DNA of 64,000 nt from Dehalococcoidia bacterium (GCA_965204835.1 OZ242017.1:2182066-2246065); one strand, 5' to 3'; positions 9,536 through 19,063 are shown, counted from the first letter of the stretch. Made by a program: numbers and translations. Notes: generated from the letters alone by a model not told the origin.

Positions 9536-10222
9536 ATGGCCGAAGCGCACTCCCGGGCAGCCCGCATTCCAGCATCCCTCGCCGCGGCACGGGCCGAACG
9601 CCAGGCAGCCGAATCCGGGCAGGCCGCACCCGCGACCGACGAGCAACTCCTGAGACAACTCCGATCAGGACAGATCGAGGCGCTCGAGCAGCTCTACGAC
9701 CGCTACTCGACGCTCGTCTACTCCGTCGCCCTGCGCGTGCTGCATGACCAGGGCCTCGCGGAGGACATGACGCAGGAGGTCTTCCTGCGGCTGTGGCGTC
9801 GCCCCCGCCTCTACGACCCCTCGCGCGGCCGGTTCGTGAGCTGGCTGATGTCCGTCGCGCGCAACCGCGCCATCGACGAGCAGCGCCGCCGCAGCCGCCG
9901 CCTCCGCGAGGAGGGCGTCGACGCCGACGCCATCAACGACGTGCAGAGCGCGGACCGCTTCGACGACCCCGCGGCCGTCGCCGCGCTGGGCGACGAACGA
10001 GCGGCGGTCCGCGCCGCCGTCGAGCAGCTCCCGCCGGCCCAGCGGCAGGTCATCGAACTCGCCTACTTCGCCGGTCTCACGCAGGCCGAGATCGCCGCGG
10101 AGACCGCGACGCCCATCGGCACCGTGAAGACACGCGTCCGGCTCGCGATGCGCAAGCTCCGCGACGCCATGGAACAGGTGCGGACCCAGCCGGCCAGAGA
10201 GGCGCCCGGAAGCAGCCCATGA
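9536..10222 (+). CDS. ECF-type RNA polymerase sigma-70 factor
   Basis: Sigma-70 region 2 (LYDRYSTLVYSVALRVLHDQGLAEDMTQEVFLRLW) and region 4 (LAYFAGLTQAEIAAETATPIGTVKTRV). ATG 9536 after a G-rich RBS. The track ORF begins earlier at TTG 9467. Confidence 0.85.
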   Translation: MAEAHSRAARIPASLAAARAERQAAESGQAAPATDEQLLRQLRSGQIEALEQLYDRYSTLVYSVALRVLHDQGLAEDMTQEVFLRLWRRPRLYDPSRGRFVSWLMSVARNRAIDEQRRRSRRLREEGVDADAINDVQSADRFDDPAAVAALGDERAAVRAAVEQLPPAQRQVIELAYFAGLTQAEIAAETATPIGTVKTRVRLAMRKLRDAMEQVRTQPAREAPGSSP

Positions 10223-11049
10223 GGCCCGAGGAGCGTGAAGAGCTGCTGGCCGCATACGCACTCGACGCGCTGAGCGGCCCCGAAGCGGACGAGGTGGAAG
10301 CCCTGATCCGCACCGACCCCGACGCCGCCGACCAGCTCGCCGCGTACCGGGAGATCGCGGACCTCATCGGCCTCGAGGCGCCGCTGCGGCGCACCGACCC
10401 CGCCCTGCGGGATCGGATGCTGCAGGCGGCCCAGCGCATGCGGCCGCCGCGCAGCCGGCGATTCCCCGTGCTGCGCGTCGCGGCGCTTGCGGCCGCCCTC
10501 GTGGTCGTCGCGGTCGCGGTGAGCTGGGGCGTCCGGCTCCAGCGCGCGATCGACACCCTCGAGCAGGACTCCGCCGCGCTGGCCACCGCGGTGACCGCCG
10601 ACACGCAGCGCATCGACGCCATCGAGACCGAGCGCGTGGGCGGCGGCGACGACGCCATCCGCACCGAGCTGCAACTGGCCATGGCCGCGCAGCAGCGCAT
10701 CATCGCGATCCTCGCCGACCCGGAGGTGCAGGAAGCCTCGCTCGAAAGCACCACGGCCGGGCGCGGGGCGAGCGGGCGCTACCTCTGGAGCCCGGAGCTC
10801 GGGGCGGGCGTGGTGATCGCGCGGCGTCTGCCGCCGCTCCCCATCGGCACCGTCTACGAGCTGTGGCTGATCGAGGGGTTCGACGAGGTCTCGGGCGGCA
10901 CGTTCGTCCCCAGTCCCGACGGCGACGCCCAGCTGCTCGTCGAGCTGGACTTCGAGTTCAGCCCGTTCTCCGTCGCGATCACGCCGGCGCCGGTCGGTGG
11001 GGCCGCCACCCTGCAACCGCCGATCGTGCTCTCGGGCACGGTCCCCTAG
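10219..11049 (+). CDS. anti-sigma factor (RskA-like, single TM)
   Basis: ATGA overlap with the sigma gene. N-terminal anti-sigma domain (MRPEEREELLAAYALDALSGPEADEVEAL), one TM helix, and an extracytoplasmic domain. Confidence 0.75.
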   Translation: MRPEEREELLAAYALDALSGPEADEVEALIRTDPDAADQLAAYREIADLIGLEAPLRRTDPALRDRMLQAAQRMRPPRSRRFPVLRVAALAAALVVVAVAVSWGVRLQRAIDTLEQDSAALATAVTADTQRIDAIETERVGGGDDAIRTELQLAMAAQQRIIAILADPEVQEASLESTTAGRGASGRYLWSPELGAGVVIARRLPPLPIGTVYELWLIEGFDEVSGGTFVPSPDGDAQLLVELDFEFSPFSVAITPAPVGGAATLQPPIVLSGTVP

Positions 11050-11062
11050 CAGCGGCTGCCCG

Positions 11063-12271
11063 CTACGCCTCGGAACCTGCCTCGGGTGCGGCTGCCGCCG
11101 CCTCCGGCTCTTCGTCCGTCTCCGGGGCCTCGGGTGTGTCGTCCTCCTCGTGGTACGGTTCCAGCCCCAGCTGGCGCGCGACGTGGGTGTGCGCCATGGC
11201 GTCGCGGGGCTCGACTCCGCTCAGCCGGTGGTCGGCGTACCAGAACAGCTCCCTCAGCAGCGCCACCAGCGGGATGATCACGACCAGCGCGATGAACCCG
11301 AACACCGTGCCCGCGATCGCGAGCAGCATGATGATCACCGCCGGATGCAGCTCGACCGCGTGTCCCTGCACGCGCGGCACCAGCAGGTGGTTCTCCACCT
11401 GTTGCACCAGCACGTAGAGCAGCAACACCCAGATGATCTTGTCCGGATCCGTCGCCGCCACGATCACCACCGCGGGCAGCGCACCGATGAACGGCCCGAC
11501 GATGGGGATCAGCTCGGCGACACCCGCGAACACCGCCAGCGCGATGGCCAGCTCGACGTCCAGGATCAGCAGGCCGATGAACGTCATCACGCCCACCACC
11601 AGGCCGAGCAAGAGCTGCCCGCGCAGGTAGCGGCCGATCAACTGGTCGGCGATGCGGATGCCATTGAGCACGTCGATCCGAACCGGCTCGGGGACCGCGG
11701 CCGCGAAGTTGCGCTCGAAGTTGTGACGGTCGCGCAGCGCGTAGAACATCCAGATCGGGACCACCACGAACCCGGCGATCACCGCGATCCAGCCCGTGAG
11801 CGACTCGAAGACCGGGGGGCCCGCCGACGCGATGCGACTACCGAGGTCATCGCCGAAGTCCGCCGCGTACACGTCGATGCGCATCCGGATGTCCTCCGGG
11901 ACGCGCTCGCGGTACACCTCGAGCCACTCGTTGACCTGCAACTGGGTGTCGTCGATGAGGATCGGCAGGTTCTCGACGAAGTGGGAGATCTCGTCGACGG
12001 CGACGGGCAACACGATGATCCCGGCGCCCCCGAGCACACCCGCTATCGCGAGGTAGACCAGGACCACGGCGAGGCCGCGGAAGAGCACGCTCTCCTGGCG
12101 CGCCTGGCCGGGGACCAACGCGGCGAGGTGATCCACCACCGGCGTCAGCACGTACGCCAGCAGCGCGCCGATGGAGAACGGCAGCAGCGCCCAGCGCGCC
12201 TGCCACGCCACCCACGCGACGAGGAGCAACATCGCGGCCCACAGCGCGATCCGCCATCGCGCCGAGGTCAT
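11063..12271 (-). CDS. AI-2E family transporter (PerM/UPF0118)
   Basis: 402-aa 8-TM protein with the AI-2E pattern (…LLLYVLVQQVENHLLVPRVQG…) and an acidic C-terminal tail. Confidence 0.85.
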   Translation of the reverse strand: MTSARWRIALWAAMLLLVAWVAWQARWALLPFSIGALLAYVLTPVVDHLAALVPGQARQESVLFRGLAVVLVYLAIAGVLGGAGIIVLPVAVDEISHFVENLPILIDDTQLQVNEWLEVYRERVPEDIRMRIDVYAADFGDDLGSRIASAGPPVFESLTGWIAVIAGFVVVPIWMFYALRDRHNFERNFAAAVPEPVRIDVLNGIRIADQLIGRYLRGQLLLGLVVGVMTFIGLLILDVELAIALAVFAGVAELIPIVGPFIGALPAVVIVAATDPDKIIWVLLLYVLVQQVENHLLVPRVQGHAVELHPAVIIMLLAIAGTVFGFIALVVIIPLVALLRELFWYADHRLSGVEPRDAMAHTHVARQLGLEPYHEEDDTPEAPETDEEPEAAAAAPEAGSEA

Positions 12272-12334
12272 CGTGGTTTGCCGTCCGGGTCACAGCCTCG
12301 CATGCGCGCCATTGTGACGGATTCGCGCCGTGCG

Positions 12335-12363
12335 TTGACAGGCCCCCGCGCAGCCGCCACGAT
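12335..12363 (+). promoter_or_regulatory. candidate sigma-70-type promoter upstream of the zur gene
   Basis: TTGACA (12335-12340), a 17-bp spacer, then a weak -10 cacgat, about 25 nt upstream of the zur ATG. Confidence 0.3.
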
Positions 12364-12389
12364 CAGGGTGACTGAAGGAGGGACGCTCC

Positions 12390-12821
12390 ATGGTCACCAC
12401 CGCTGCTCTCGAGGTACGCCTCGCCGACTCCGGCCACCGCATCACCGAGCCACGACGGGCCCTCATCGACGCCATGCGGGACCTCGGCGACCACTTCACC
12501 GCCGAGGAGCTCCTGCAGGCCACGCCCGGAGTGGGCCGGGCCACCGTGTTCCGCACCCTGCGGCTGCTCCTGGACCTGGGCGCACTCTGCCATGTGGTGA
12601 TGGAGACCGGCACCGTCGGCTACCGGCTCACCAGCGGAGGGCACCACCACCACATCGTCTGCTCCGGCTGCGGCGCGATGAGCGACTTCGCGACCTGCGA
12701 CATCTCGGACCTGTTGGACGAGTTGCACCGCCGCACCGGCTACGAGATCCAGGCGCACCGCCTGGAGGTCTACGGCCTCTGCTCCGACTGCCGCCTCCCA
12801 CTGCAGGATCCGGTCGCGTAG
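12390..12821 (+). CDS. zur: Fur-family transcriptional regulator, probably Zur
   Basis: Fur-family HTH plus HHHH and CSGCG...CDIS...CSDC metal sites. Immediately upstream of znuACB. Confidence 0.85.
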   Translation: MVTTAALEVRLADSGHRITEPRRALIDAMRDLGDHFTAEELLQATPGVGRATVFRTLRLLLDLGALCHVVMETGTVGYRLTSGGHHHHIVCSGCGAMSDFATCDISDLLDELHRRTGYEIQAHRLEVYGLCSDCRLPLQDPVA

Positions 12822-12882
12822 GGGGCTGCTCCGCACCCTCGGCCCGCGCTCCCGGTGCGGTCGTCGCACTCCGGAAGCGGCG

Positions 12883-12954
12883 ACTGATACCGCGTCTTGA
12901 CGCGTAAATCGATACCCCGTACGGTCGCGGGAACTACCCTGCGACCCGGTATCG
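12883..12954. promoter_or_regulatory. candidate operator/promoter region upstream of znuA
   Basis: Perfect 14-bp palindrome CGCGTC-tt-GACGCG (12891-12904) that embeds a TTGACG -35-like hexamer. A larger imperfect dyad CGATACC...GGTATCG (12910-12954) abuts the znuA RBS. Confidence 0.3.
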
Positions 12955-12968
12955 ATGAAGGGCCCTCC

Positions 12969-14213
12969 ATGCTCCGCGGACTCCGACGACTCATACCCGC
13001 CCCGATGCTGCTCGTGGCCACTGCGCTCCTCGCGGGCGCGGTGCTCGCCTGCGGCGACGACGATGACGACGACGGCGCGGGCACCGGGGCAGGCACGACC
13101 GACACGACGGCGCCCGCCGCGAGCGAACCCCTGAAGGTGGTCACATCCACCGGCATCCTCGCGCACTTCGCCGAGCAGGTCGCGGGCGATGACGCCGAGG
13201 TGGTCGCGGTGATCCCGCCCGGGGCCGACCTCCACACGTTCAGCGCCACCACCGGTGACATCCGTAGCATCGACGCCGCCGACGTCGTCATCGTGAACGG
13301 CTTCAACCTCGAAGAAAGCGTGCTGGAGACGATCTTCGAGCACATCCCGGACGACGCCCGGCTCGTCATCGCCGCTGCCGGCATCAAGCCCCTCGAAGGT
13401 GGTCACCACGACGAAGAGGACGACCACGGCGACGAGGAGGGCGAGGGCCACGACGAGGGCGAGGACGACCACGCCGACGAGGACGAGGACGAGGGCACCG
13501 ACCACGGCGACGAGGAAGAAGAGGGCGAGCACCACGAGGACGAGGAAGAAGAGGGCGAAGACCACGGCGACGAGGAAGAGGGCGAAGGCCACGACGAGGA
13601 CGAGGGCGACGACCACGCCGATGAGGACGACCACGGCGACGAGGATCACGCGAGGGCCGAGGCCCCCGAGGGCGCCGAACTCGCAGTCGCCGACGGCGAC
13701 CCGCACATGTGGCTCACCGTCCCGAACGCCATGATCTACGTGCGCAACATCGCCGACGGCCTCGCCGCCGCCGACCCCGACAACGCCGCCGCGTACCGCG
13801 AGCGCTCCGAGGCCTACCTCGCCGAGCTGCAGGCGCTGGACGAAGAGGTCCGCGCCGCCGTCGGGAGCATCCCCCAGGAGCGCCGCGTGCTCATCGTCTA
13901 CCACGACGCGTTCCAGTACTTCGCGGTCGAGTACGGCCTCGATCTGGCGGCCTCGGTGCTCCCGGCGAGCCCGTCCCAGCAGGCGAGCGCGGCCGCGGTC
14001 GCGGAGATCATCGAAATCGTCGCTGGGCGCGACGTGGGTGCGGTGTTCCGCGAGCCGCAGTTCGCGGCGGACGCCCTCGAGGCCATCGCCGAGGAGGCGG
14101 GCGTCGGGGTGTCGGTCCTCTACAGCGGCGCCTTCACCGAAGAGGTCAACACGTACGTCGACCTGATGCGGTTCAACGCGCGGTCGCTGGTCGAAGGACT
14201 GGGCGGCGGGTAG
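12969..14213 (+). CDS. znuA: zinc ABC transporter substrate-binding lipoprotein (ZnuA/TroA family) with a long His/Asp/Glu-rich loop
   Basis: Lipobox LLAGAVLACGDD. Cluster-9 SBP fold and the characteristic acidic/His-rich metal-binding loop. ATG 12969 after a GAAGGG RBS. Confidence 0.9.
   Translation: MLRGLRRLIPAPMLLVATALLAGAVLACGDDDDDDGAGTGAGTTDTTAPAASEPLKVVTSTGILAHFAEQVAGDDAEVVAVIPPGADLHTFSATTGDIRSIDAADVVIVNGFNLEESVLETIFEHIPDDARLVIAAAGIKPLEGGHHDEEDDHGDEEGEGHDEGEDDHADEDEDEGTDHGDEEEEGEHHEDEEEEGEDHGDEEEGEGHDEDEGDDHADEDDHGDEDHARAEAPEGAELAVADGDPHMWLTVPNAMIYVRNIADGLAAADPDNAAAYRERSEAYLAELQALDEEVRAAVGSIPQERRVLIVYHDAFQYFAVEYGLDLAASVLPASPSQQASAAAVAEIIEIVAGRDVGAVFREPQFAADALEAIAEEAGVGVSVLYSGAFTEEVNTYVDLMRFNARSLVEGLGGG
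13395..13665 (+). repeat. low-complexity coding repeat (GAC/GAG/CAC-rich) encoding the ZnuA His/Asp/Glu loop
   Basis: About 90 codons dominated by D/E/H/G (…HHDEEDDHGDEEGEGHDEGEDDHADEDEDEG…). Confidence 0.8.
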
Positions 14214-14244
14214 GGTGCGTGGCGGCGCAGGACGGAGCTAACCC

Positions 14245-15189
14245 GTGACGTCTGACCACGGCGTCGAGCACGGCCACGGAGCTCATGGCCCTGTCGGCCA
14301 CGAGGATCCCGCGCACCAGCATGACGAGATGAGCGTCGACTCATCGGGGCATGTCCCGGCTCGCGCCAGGCTCGCACCCGGTCACGCCCACGGCCCGCTC
14401 GCCCTGGAGGTCAACAACCTCTGGGCTGGCTATCCCGGGAAGCCGCCGGCCCTGGAGGACGTCAGCTTCGTCGTCCCCGAGGGTGAGATGGTGGGGTTGG
14501 TCGGCCCGAACGGCGCCGGCAAGTCCACGCTCTTCAAGTCCATCCTCGGCGTGGTGCGGCCGCTGCTCGGCGAGGTCCGCGTCTTCGGGCGGCCCGTCGG
14601 CGAGACACGCCGCGACGTGGCCTACACACCGCAGGCCGAGGAAGTCGACTGGGACTTCCCCGTCAGCGTCATGGACGTCGTGCTGATGGGCCGCTGGAAC
14701 GGGACGCGCCCCTTCCGCCGCTGGTCGGGCCAGGACCGCGAGATTGCCTTCGAGGCGTTGGAGCGTGTCCAGCTCGTTGAGTACGCCAGGCGGCAGGTAG
14801 GTGAGCTGTCCGGCGGGCAGAGGCGCCGCGTCATGATCGCTCGCTCCATCGCGCGCGGCGCCCGGCTGCTGCTGCTGGACGAGCCGTTCGCCGGCCTCGA
14901 CGCCGGTGTGGAGCACGACCTGCTCGGGATTCTCGACGACCTGACGCACGAGGGCTGCAGCATCCTCCTCGCGACGCACGACCTCTCGTGCGTGGCCACG
15001 GCCTGCGACGAGGCATGCTGCCTCAATCGCACGGTCCAGGGCTACGGCACGCCGGCCGACGTGCTCACCGAGGAGGTCCTCGCACGCACCTTCGACCGCC
15101 ACCTCGTCACCGTCGGCGAGCGAGGCGTCACCGTCGCCGGCGACGCCATCATGGACGCTACGGCCGACCACACCCACGCCCACCACTGA
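14245..15189 (+). CDS. znuC: zinc ABC transporter ATP-binding protein with a His-rich N-terminal extension
   Basis: Walker A GPNGAGKST, signature LSGGQRRRV, Walker B LLLLDEP. About 50 His-rich residues precede the ABC domain and the C-terminus is HTHAHH. GTG 14245 after GGAG. Confidence 0.9.
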   Translation: MTSDHGVEHGHGAHGPVGHEDPAHQHDEMSVDSSGHVPARARLAPGHAHGPLALEVNNLWAGYPGKPPALEDVSFVVPEGEMVGLVGPNGAGKSTLFKSILGVVRPLLGEVRVFGRPVGETRRDVAYTPQAEEVDWDFPVSVMDVVLMGRWNGTRPFRRWSGQDREIAFEALERVQLVEYARRQVGELSGGQRRRVMIARSIARGARLLLLDEPFAGLDAGVEHDLLGILDDLTHEGCSILLATHDLSCVATACDEACCLNRTVQGYGTPADVLTEEVLARTFDRHLVTVGERGVTVAGDAIMDATADHTHAHH

Positions 15190-16040
15190 TGGCCGACATC
15201 GTCCATTGGCTCATCGAACCCTTCGAGTTCGCGTTCATGCAGCGTGCGCTCATGTCGCTGCTGATCGTGAGCGTCGTCGGGTCCATCGTCGGCACGTTCG
15301 TCGTACACAAGGGACTGGCGGCATCTGGCAGCGGCCTCGCGCACGCGACCCTCGCGGGCGTGGCCATCGCATTCGTGAACGGCCTGAGCGTCGCACTGGG
15401 CGCCCTGCTGGCCGCGGTGGCAACCGGAGTTGGTATCGGCTACGTCCGGAGCAACTCGCGCGTCAGCTACGACACCGCGATCGCGATCTTCTTCGTCTCC
15501 GCCTTCTCGCTCGGCATCCTGATCATCTCGCGCCGCTCCAGCTACACGCCTGACCTCATCTCGTTCGTCTTCGGTGACATCCTGGGCGTCTCGCAGGCGG
15601 ATCTCGTTGGCGAGCTGATCCTCGCGGTGGTCGTCGTCGCGTTCGTACTCGCCTTCTACCGCGAGATGGTGATGGTCGCCTACGACCCCGCGATGGCCGC
15701 GGCCGCCGGCGTCCGGGCGTGGTTCTTCGAGTACGCGCTGCTCGTGCTCATCGCACTCGCCGTCGTCGTCGCGCTACAGGCGATCGGCATCGTGCTGGTC
15801 TCCGCGATGCTGATCATCCCACCGGCGACCGCGAGCCTGCTGGCGCGGCGCATCCCGCAGATCATCGCGCTCAGCTTCGTGCTCTCCGTCGGCGCATCCT
15901 TGCTCGGCCTCTACGCGTCGTTCCACGCCGACGTCGCCGCAAGCCCCGCGATCGTGATGGCGGCGACGGCCGCCTTCGCCGTCACGCTCGCGGCCACCAC
16001 GCGGCGCGGCGTCCGGCTCCCCGCAGGCGTGGGCGAGTAG
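15189..16040 (+). CDS. znuB: zinc/manganese ABC transporter permease
   Basis: ATG overlaps the znuC stop (TGATG). ABC-3 family permease with 8-9 TM helices. Confidence 0.9.
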   Translation: MADIVHWLIEPFEFAFMQRALMSLLIVSVVGSIVGTFVVHKGLAASGSGLAHATLAGVAIAFVNGLSVALGALLAAVATGVGIGYVRSNSRVSYDTAIAIFFVSAFSLGILIISRRSSYTPDLISFVFGDILGVSQADLVGELILAVVVVAFVLAFYREMVMVAYDPAMAAAAGVRAWFFEYALLVLIALAVVVALQAIGIVLVSAMLIIPPATASLLARRIPQIIALSFVLSVGASLLGLYASFHADVAASPAIVMAATAAFAVTLAATTRRGVRLPAGVGE

Positions 16041-16164
16041 CCTCGCGAGCTTGCCTGCCAAATCTCGGCCCCCGGTTGAGCGCGACTCGCACCACCCCTA
16101 CGCTGGACATACTCCACGGGCCTCCCAGCGGGTCGACTCGGTCTCCCCGCGCACGAGAGCAGCG

Positions 16165-17670
16165 ATGGTCGCCGACCCCGCCGCAAAGTCGCCCGACTCC
16201 ACCGCCCCCGCCGACGCCGGCGGGCGGAGTGCTGAGCCCGACCCTGAACGCGATCCCGCCAAGATCGATCGCAAGGCACGCATGAAGGTGCCCGGCAACC
16301 TGCCGGAGAAGCAGCCGCCCGACGCCCGCGTCCAGAACTGGGACGAGGTCTTCCACCTCTTCGACCTCGAGACCGCGAAGGCGGAGGCCTTCCGCTGCAT
16401 CCAGTGCCCCGCCGCCCCCTGCGTCGTCGCCTGCCCCGTCGACAACGACATCCCCGGCGCCCTCTGGCTCCTCGAAGACGGCGACTTCGACGGCGCCGCC
16501 AACATCTTCCGCGAGACCAGCGAGCTGCCCGAGATGTGCGGCCGCCTCTGCCCGCAGGAGCGCCTCTGCGAGGGCGACTGTGTCGTCGGCAAGCGGGGCC
16601 TCCCCGTCGCCATCGGCAAGCTCGAGGCGTTCGTGACCGAGCGCCAGCGCTCCCACGGCTCGGGACCTTCGACGGAGACCGCGCCCGCGACCGGCAAGCA
16701 CGTCGCCGTCATCGGCGCCGGCCCGGCCGGCATCGGCGTGGCCGAGCGGCTCGCGCGCAACGGCCACGGCGTGACGATGTACGACGCATGGCCGCTGCCG
16801 GGGGCGCTGCTCCACTACGGCATCCCCAACTTCAAGCAGAACAAGGCCACCGTCGCCCGGAAGTTCGACGACCTGCGCGCGATGGGCGTCGAGCTCGTCA
16901 TGAACACGCGCATCGGCGACGACGTCCCCTTCGAGGACCTCGAGCGCGACTACGACGCCGTCTTCATCGGCGTCGGCGCGATCGCGGGAGCGGAGCTGGG
17001 CTTCGAGCACGAGGACGCGCCGGGGGTCTACTCGGCGACGGAGTTCCTCGTGCGCGGCAACCTGCCGCCGGAGGAGCTGCCGGAGCACCTGCGCGAGCCC
17101 TTGCCCCCCATGCGCCGCGTGGTGGTGATCGGCGGCGGCGACACCTCGATGGACTGCGTCCGCACCGCCGTCCGCCTCGGCGCGGAGCAGGTGCGGCTGG
17201 TCTACCGCCGCACCGAGGAGGAGATGCAGGGCCGCGCCGAGGAGCGCCAGCACGCCTACGAAGAGGGCGTGATCTTCGACTACGTGACGGCGCCCCTCGC
17301 CATCCTCACCGACGCCGACGGCGCGGTGAGCGGCGTACAGTGCCACCGCATGCAGCTCGGCGAGCCCGACGAGTCCGGCCGCGCGCGGCCCGAGCCGGTG
17401 CCGAACACGGAGTTCGAGATCGCCGCCGACGCCCTCGTCGTCGCCATCGGCTACAACGTCGACGAGGAGTGGGGCGAGGTCACCCCGCAGGTCAACCGCG
17501 ACCCGTGGGGCCGCTTCACCGTCGACCCCGACACCATGCGCACCAACCGCCCGGGCGTCTTCGCCGGCGGCGACGACGTCAACGGCGCGGACCTCGTGGT
17601 CACCGCACTCGCCGACGGCCACATCGCCGCCGCGTCGATCGAGGAGTACCTCGCGACCGGCGAGTGGTAG
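16165..17670 (+). CDS. glutamate synthase small-subunit-like (GltD/PreT family) NAD(P)H-dependent flavoprotein oxidoreductase with Fe-S cysteines
   Basis: N-terminal Cys cluster (CIQCPAAPCVVACP...CGRLCPQERLCEGDC), FAD and NAD(P) Rossmann motifs (VAVIGAGPAG, VVVIGGGDTSMDC). Start is uncertain: TTG 16051, ATG 16165 or ATG 16282. Confidence 0.8.
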   Translation: MVADPAAKSPDSTAPADAGGRSAEPDPERDPAKIDRKARMKVPGNLPEKQPPDARVQNWDEVFHLFDLETAKAEAFRCIQCPAAPCVVACPVDNDIPGALWLLEDGDFDGAANIFRETSELPEMCGRLCPQERLCEGDCVVGKRGLPVAIGKLEAFVTERQRSHGSGPSTETAPATGKHVAVIGAGPAGIGVAERLARNGHGVTMYDAWPLPGALLHYGIPNFKQNKATVARKFDDLRAMGVELVMNTRIGDDVPFEDLERDYDAVFIGVGAIAGAELGFEHEDAPGVYSATEFLVRGNLPPEELPEHLREPLPPMRRVVVIGGGDTSMDCVRTAVRLGAEQVRLVYRRTEEEMQGRAEERQHAYEEGVIFDYVTAPLAILTDADGAVSGVQCHRMQLGEPDESGRARPEPVPNTEFEIAADALVVAIGYNVDEEWGEVTPQVNRDPWGRFTVDPDTMRTNRPGVFAGGDDVNGADLVVTALADGHIAAASIEEYLATGEW

Positions 17671-17787
17671 GGCCGTCCGACCCCGTCAGGGCGGGCTGGT
17701 AGTCGGGCTGCGCACGAAGCGGTTAGAGTAGAGAGACGCAACTGAGCCGGGCTCCGATCGTGGGTCCGCGTTGAGAAGGAGACACGC

Positions 17788-18237
17788 GTGGCGCTGGAGA
17801 TCGGCCAGGAAGCACCTGACTTCACGTTGGTAAACGAGGACAACGAGCAGGTGACGCTCTCCGAACTGCGCGGGTCGCCAGTCGTCCTCGTCTTCTACAC
17901 CTTCGACTTCTCCGGCATCTGCACCAACGAGCTGTGCGAGATCCGCGACGACTACTCGAGCTGGGCGGACGCCGGCGCGACGATCTTCGGGATCAGCCGC
18001 GACAGCCGCTTCTCGCACGCCGCCTTCAAGGAGGCGGAGAACCTCGACTACTCCCTCCTCGCGGACCTCAAGGGCGAGGTGGCGCAGGCCTACGGCACAT
18101 GGAACGAGGCCCTCGGCGCAGCGGAGCGCCTGACGGTCGTCGTGGGCGCCGACGGCAACATCGCCTACTCGAAGCAGAATCCGATCCCCGAAGCGCGCGA
18201 CCACTCGGACGTGCTCGCAGCCATCCAGGGCTCGTAG
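17788..18237 (+). CDS. bcp: peroxiredoxin (Bcp/AhpE-type, AhpC/TSA family)
   Basis: Peroxidatic Cys motif FDFSGICTNELC. GTG 17788 after an AGGAG RBS. Confidence 0.9.
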   Translation: MALEIGQEAPDFTLVNEDNEQVTLSELRGSPVVLVFYTFDFSGICTNELCEIRDDYSSWADAGATIFGISRDSRFSHAAFKEAENLDYSLLADLKGEVAQAYGTWNEALGAAERLTVVVGADGNIAYSKQNPIPEARDHSDVLAAIQGS

Positions 18238-18294
18238 CGGCGGGGGAGCGATCGGCGAGGCAGGTCACGAGAAGCGGGGGGTGACGCGCTCGTG

Positions 18295-18639
18295 ATGGAA
18301 GAAAAGCTCGTCCACACGCCGGAAGGCGAGTATTGCCCGATCCGGGCGACGCTCTCCATCCTCGGTCAGAAGTGGGTGCCCCACATCGTCTATGAGCTCG
18401 GCGGCGGGAAGCGCCGCTTCAACGAGCTCGCGATCCGCATCGGCGGCTGCAACGCCCGCACCCTGCGCGACCGCCTCGAGGAGCTCGAGGACGTCGGCAT
18501 CGTCCGCCGCAAGATCGTGAACAAGATGCCGCCGTGGGTGGAGTACGACCTCACCCCGCGCGGCCGCGAACTCCATGACGCGATGCGCCCGATCCAGCAC
18601 TGGGGAGCCCGCTACCTCTCGGCGGCCTCGCCCGCCTGA
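18295..18639 (+). CDS. HxlR-family (MarR-like) transcriptional regulator
   Basis: CPIRATLSILGQKW...RFNEL... wHTH typical of the HxlR/DUF24 family. Confidence 0.85.
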   Translation: MEEKLVHTPEGEYCPIRATLSILGQKWVPHIVYELGGGKRRFNELAIRIGGCNARTLRDRLEELEDVGIVRRKIVNKMPPWVEYDLTPRGRELHDAMRPIQHWGARYLSAASPA

Positions 18640-18652
18640 CCGCGCACCGGCA

Positions 18653-19063
18653 GTGACCATCGAGCTCGACTTCCACGGCCTCGCCCGGGGCGACGAGTTC
18701 GTGATCCCCTCCATCACCTTCGACGCCTCGGACGTGCGCGCCTACCTCGACGCCACCGGCGAGCCCGCCGAGCGCTGGGAGGGCGTGACGCCGCCGCTCG
18801 CGGCCGGCGCGTGGGCGCTCGGCGCGCTCATGGAGCACGTCCCGCTGCCTGGTGGGGCGCTGCACGCGGGGCAGGAGTTCGAGTTCCTGCGCGCGCTGAC
18901 GCCCGGCGAAACCCTCGAAGCCTCCGTGACCGTCGCGCAGCGCTTGGAGCGCCGAGGCACGCTGCTGCTCGCGCTCGCCATCGAGCTACGCACCGAGGCG
19001 GACGGCGAGGTGGTGCTGCGCGGGCGCTCCACCGTCGCCGCGCCCGCCGGGGAGGCCTCGTGA
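18653..19063 (+). CDS. hotdog-fold protein, HadA-like non-catalytic partner of a MaoC dehydratase
   Basis: About 136-aa hotdog-like protein lacking the hydratase motif. GTG 18653. GTGA overlap with the next gene. Confidence 0.6.
   Translation: MTIELDFHGLARGDEFVIPSITFDASDVRAYLDATGEPAERWEGVTPPLAAGAWALGALMEHVPLPGGALHAGQEFEFLRALTPGETLEASVTVAQRLERRGTLLLALAIELRTEADGEVVLRGRSTVAAPAGEAS

Noticed and set aside
13395-13665. Possible CRISPR-like or tandem DNA repeat in the GAC/GAG-rich stretch
   Set aside because: It is a coding low-complexity region giving the ZnuA acidic/His loop. There is no spacer-repeat periodicity.
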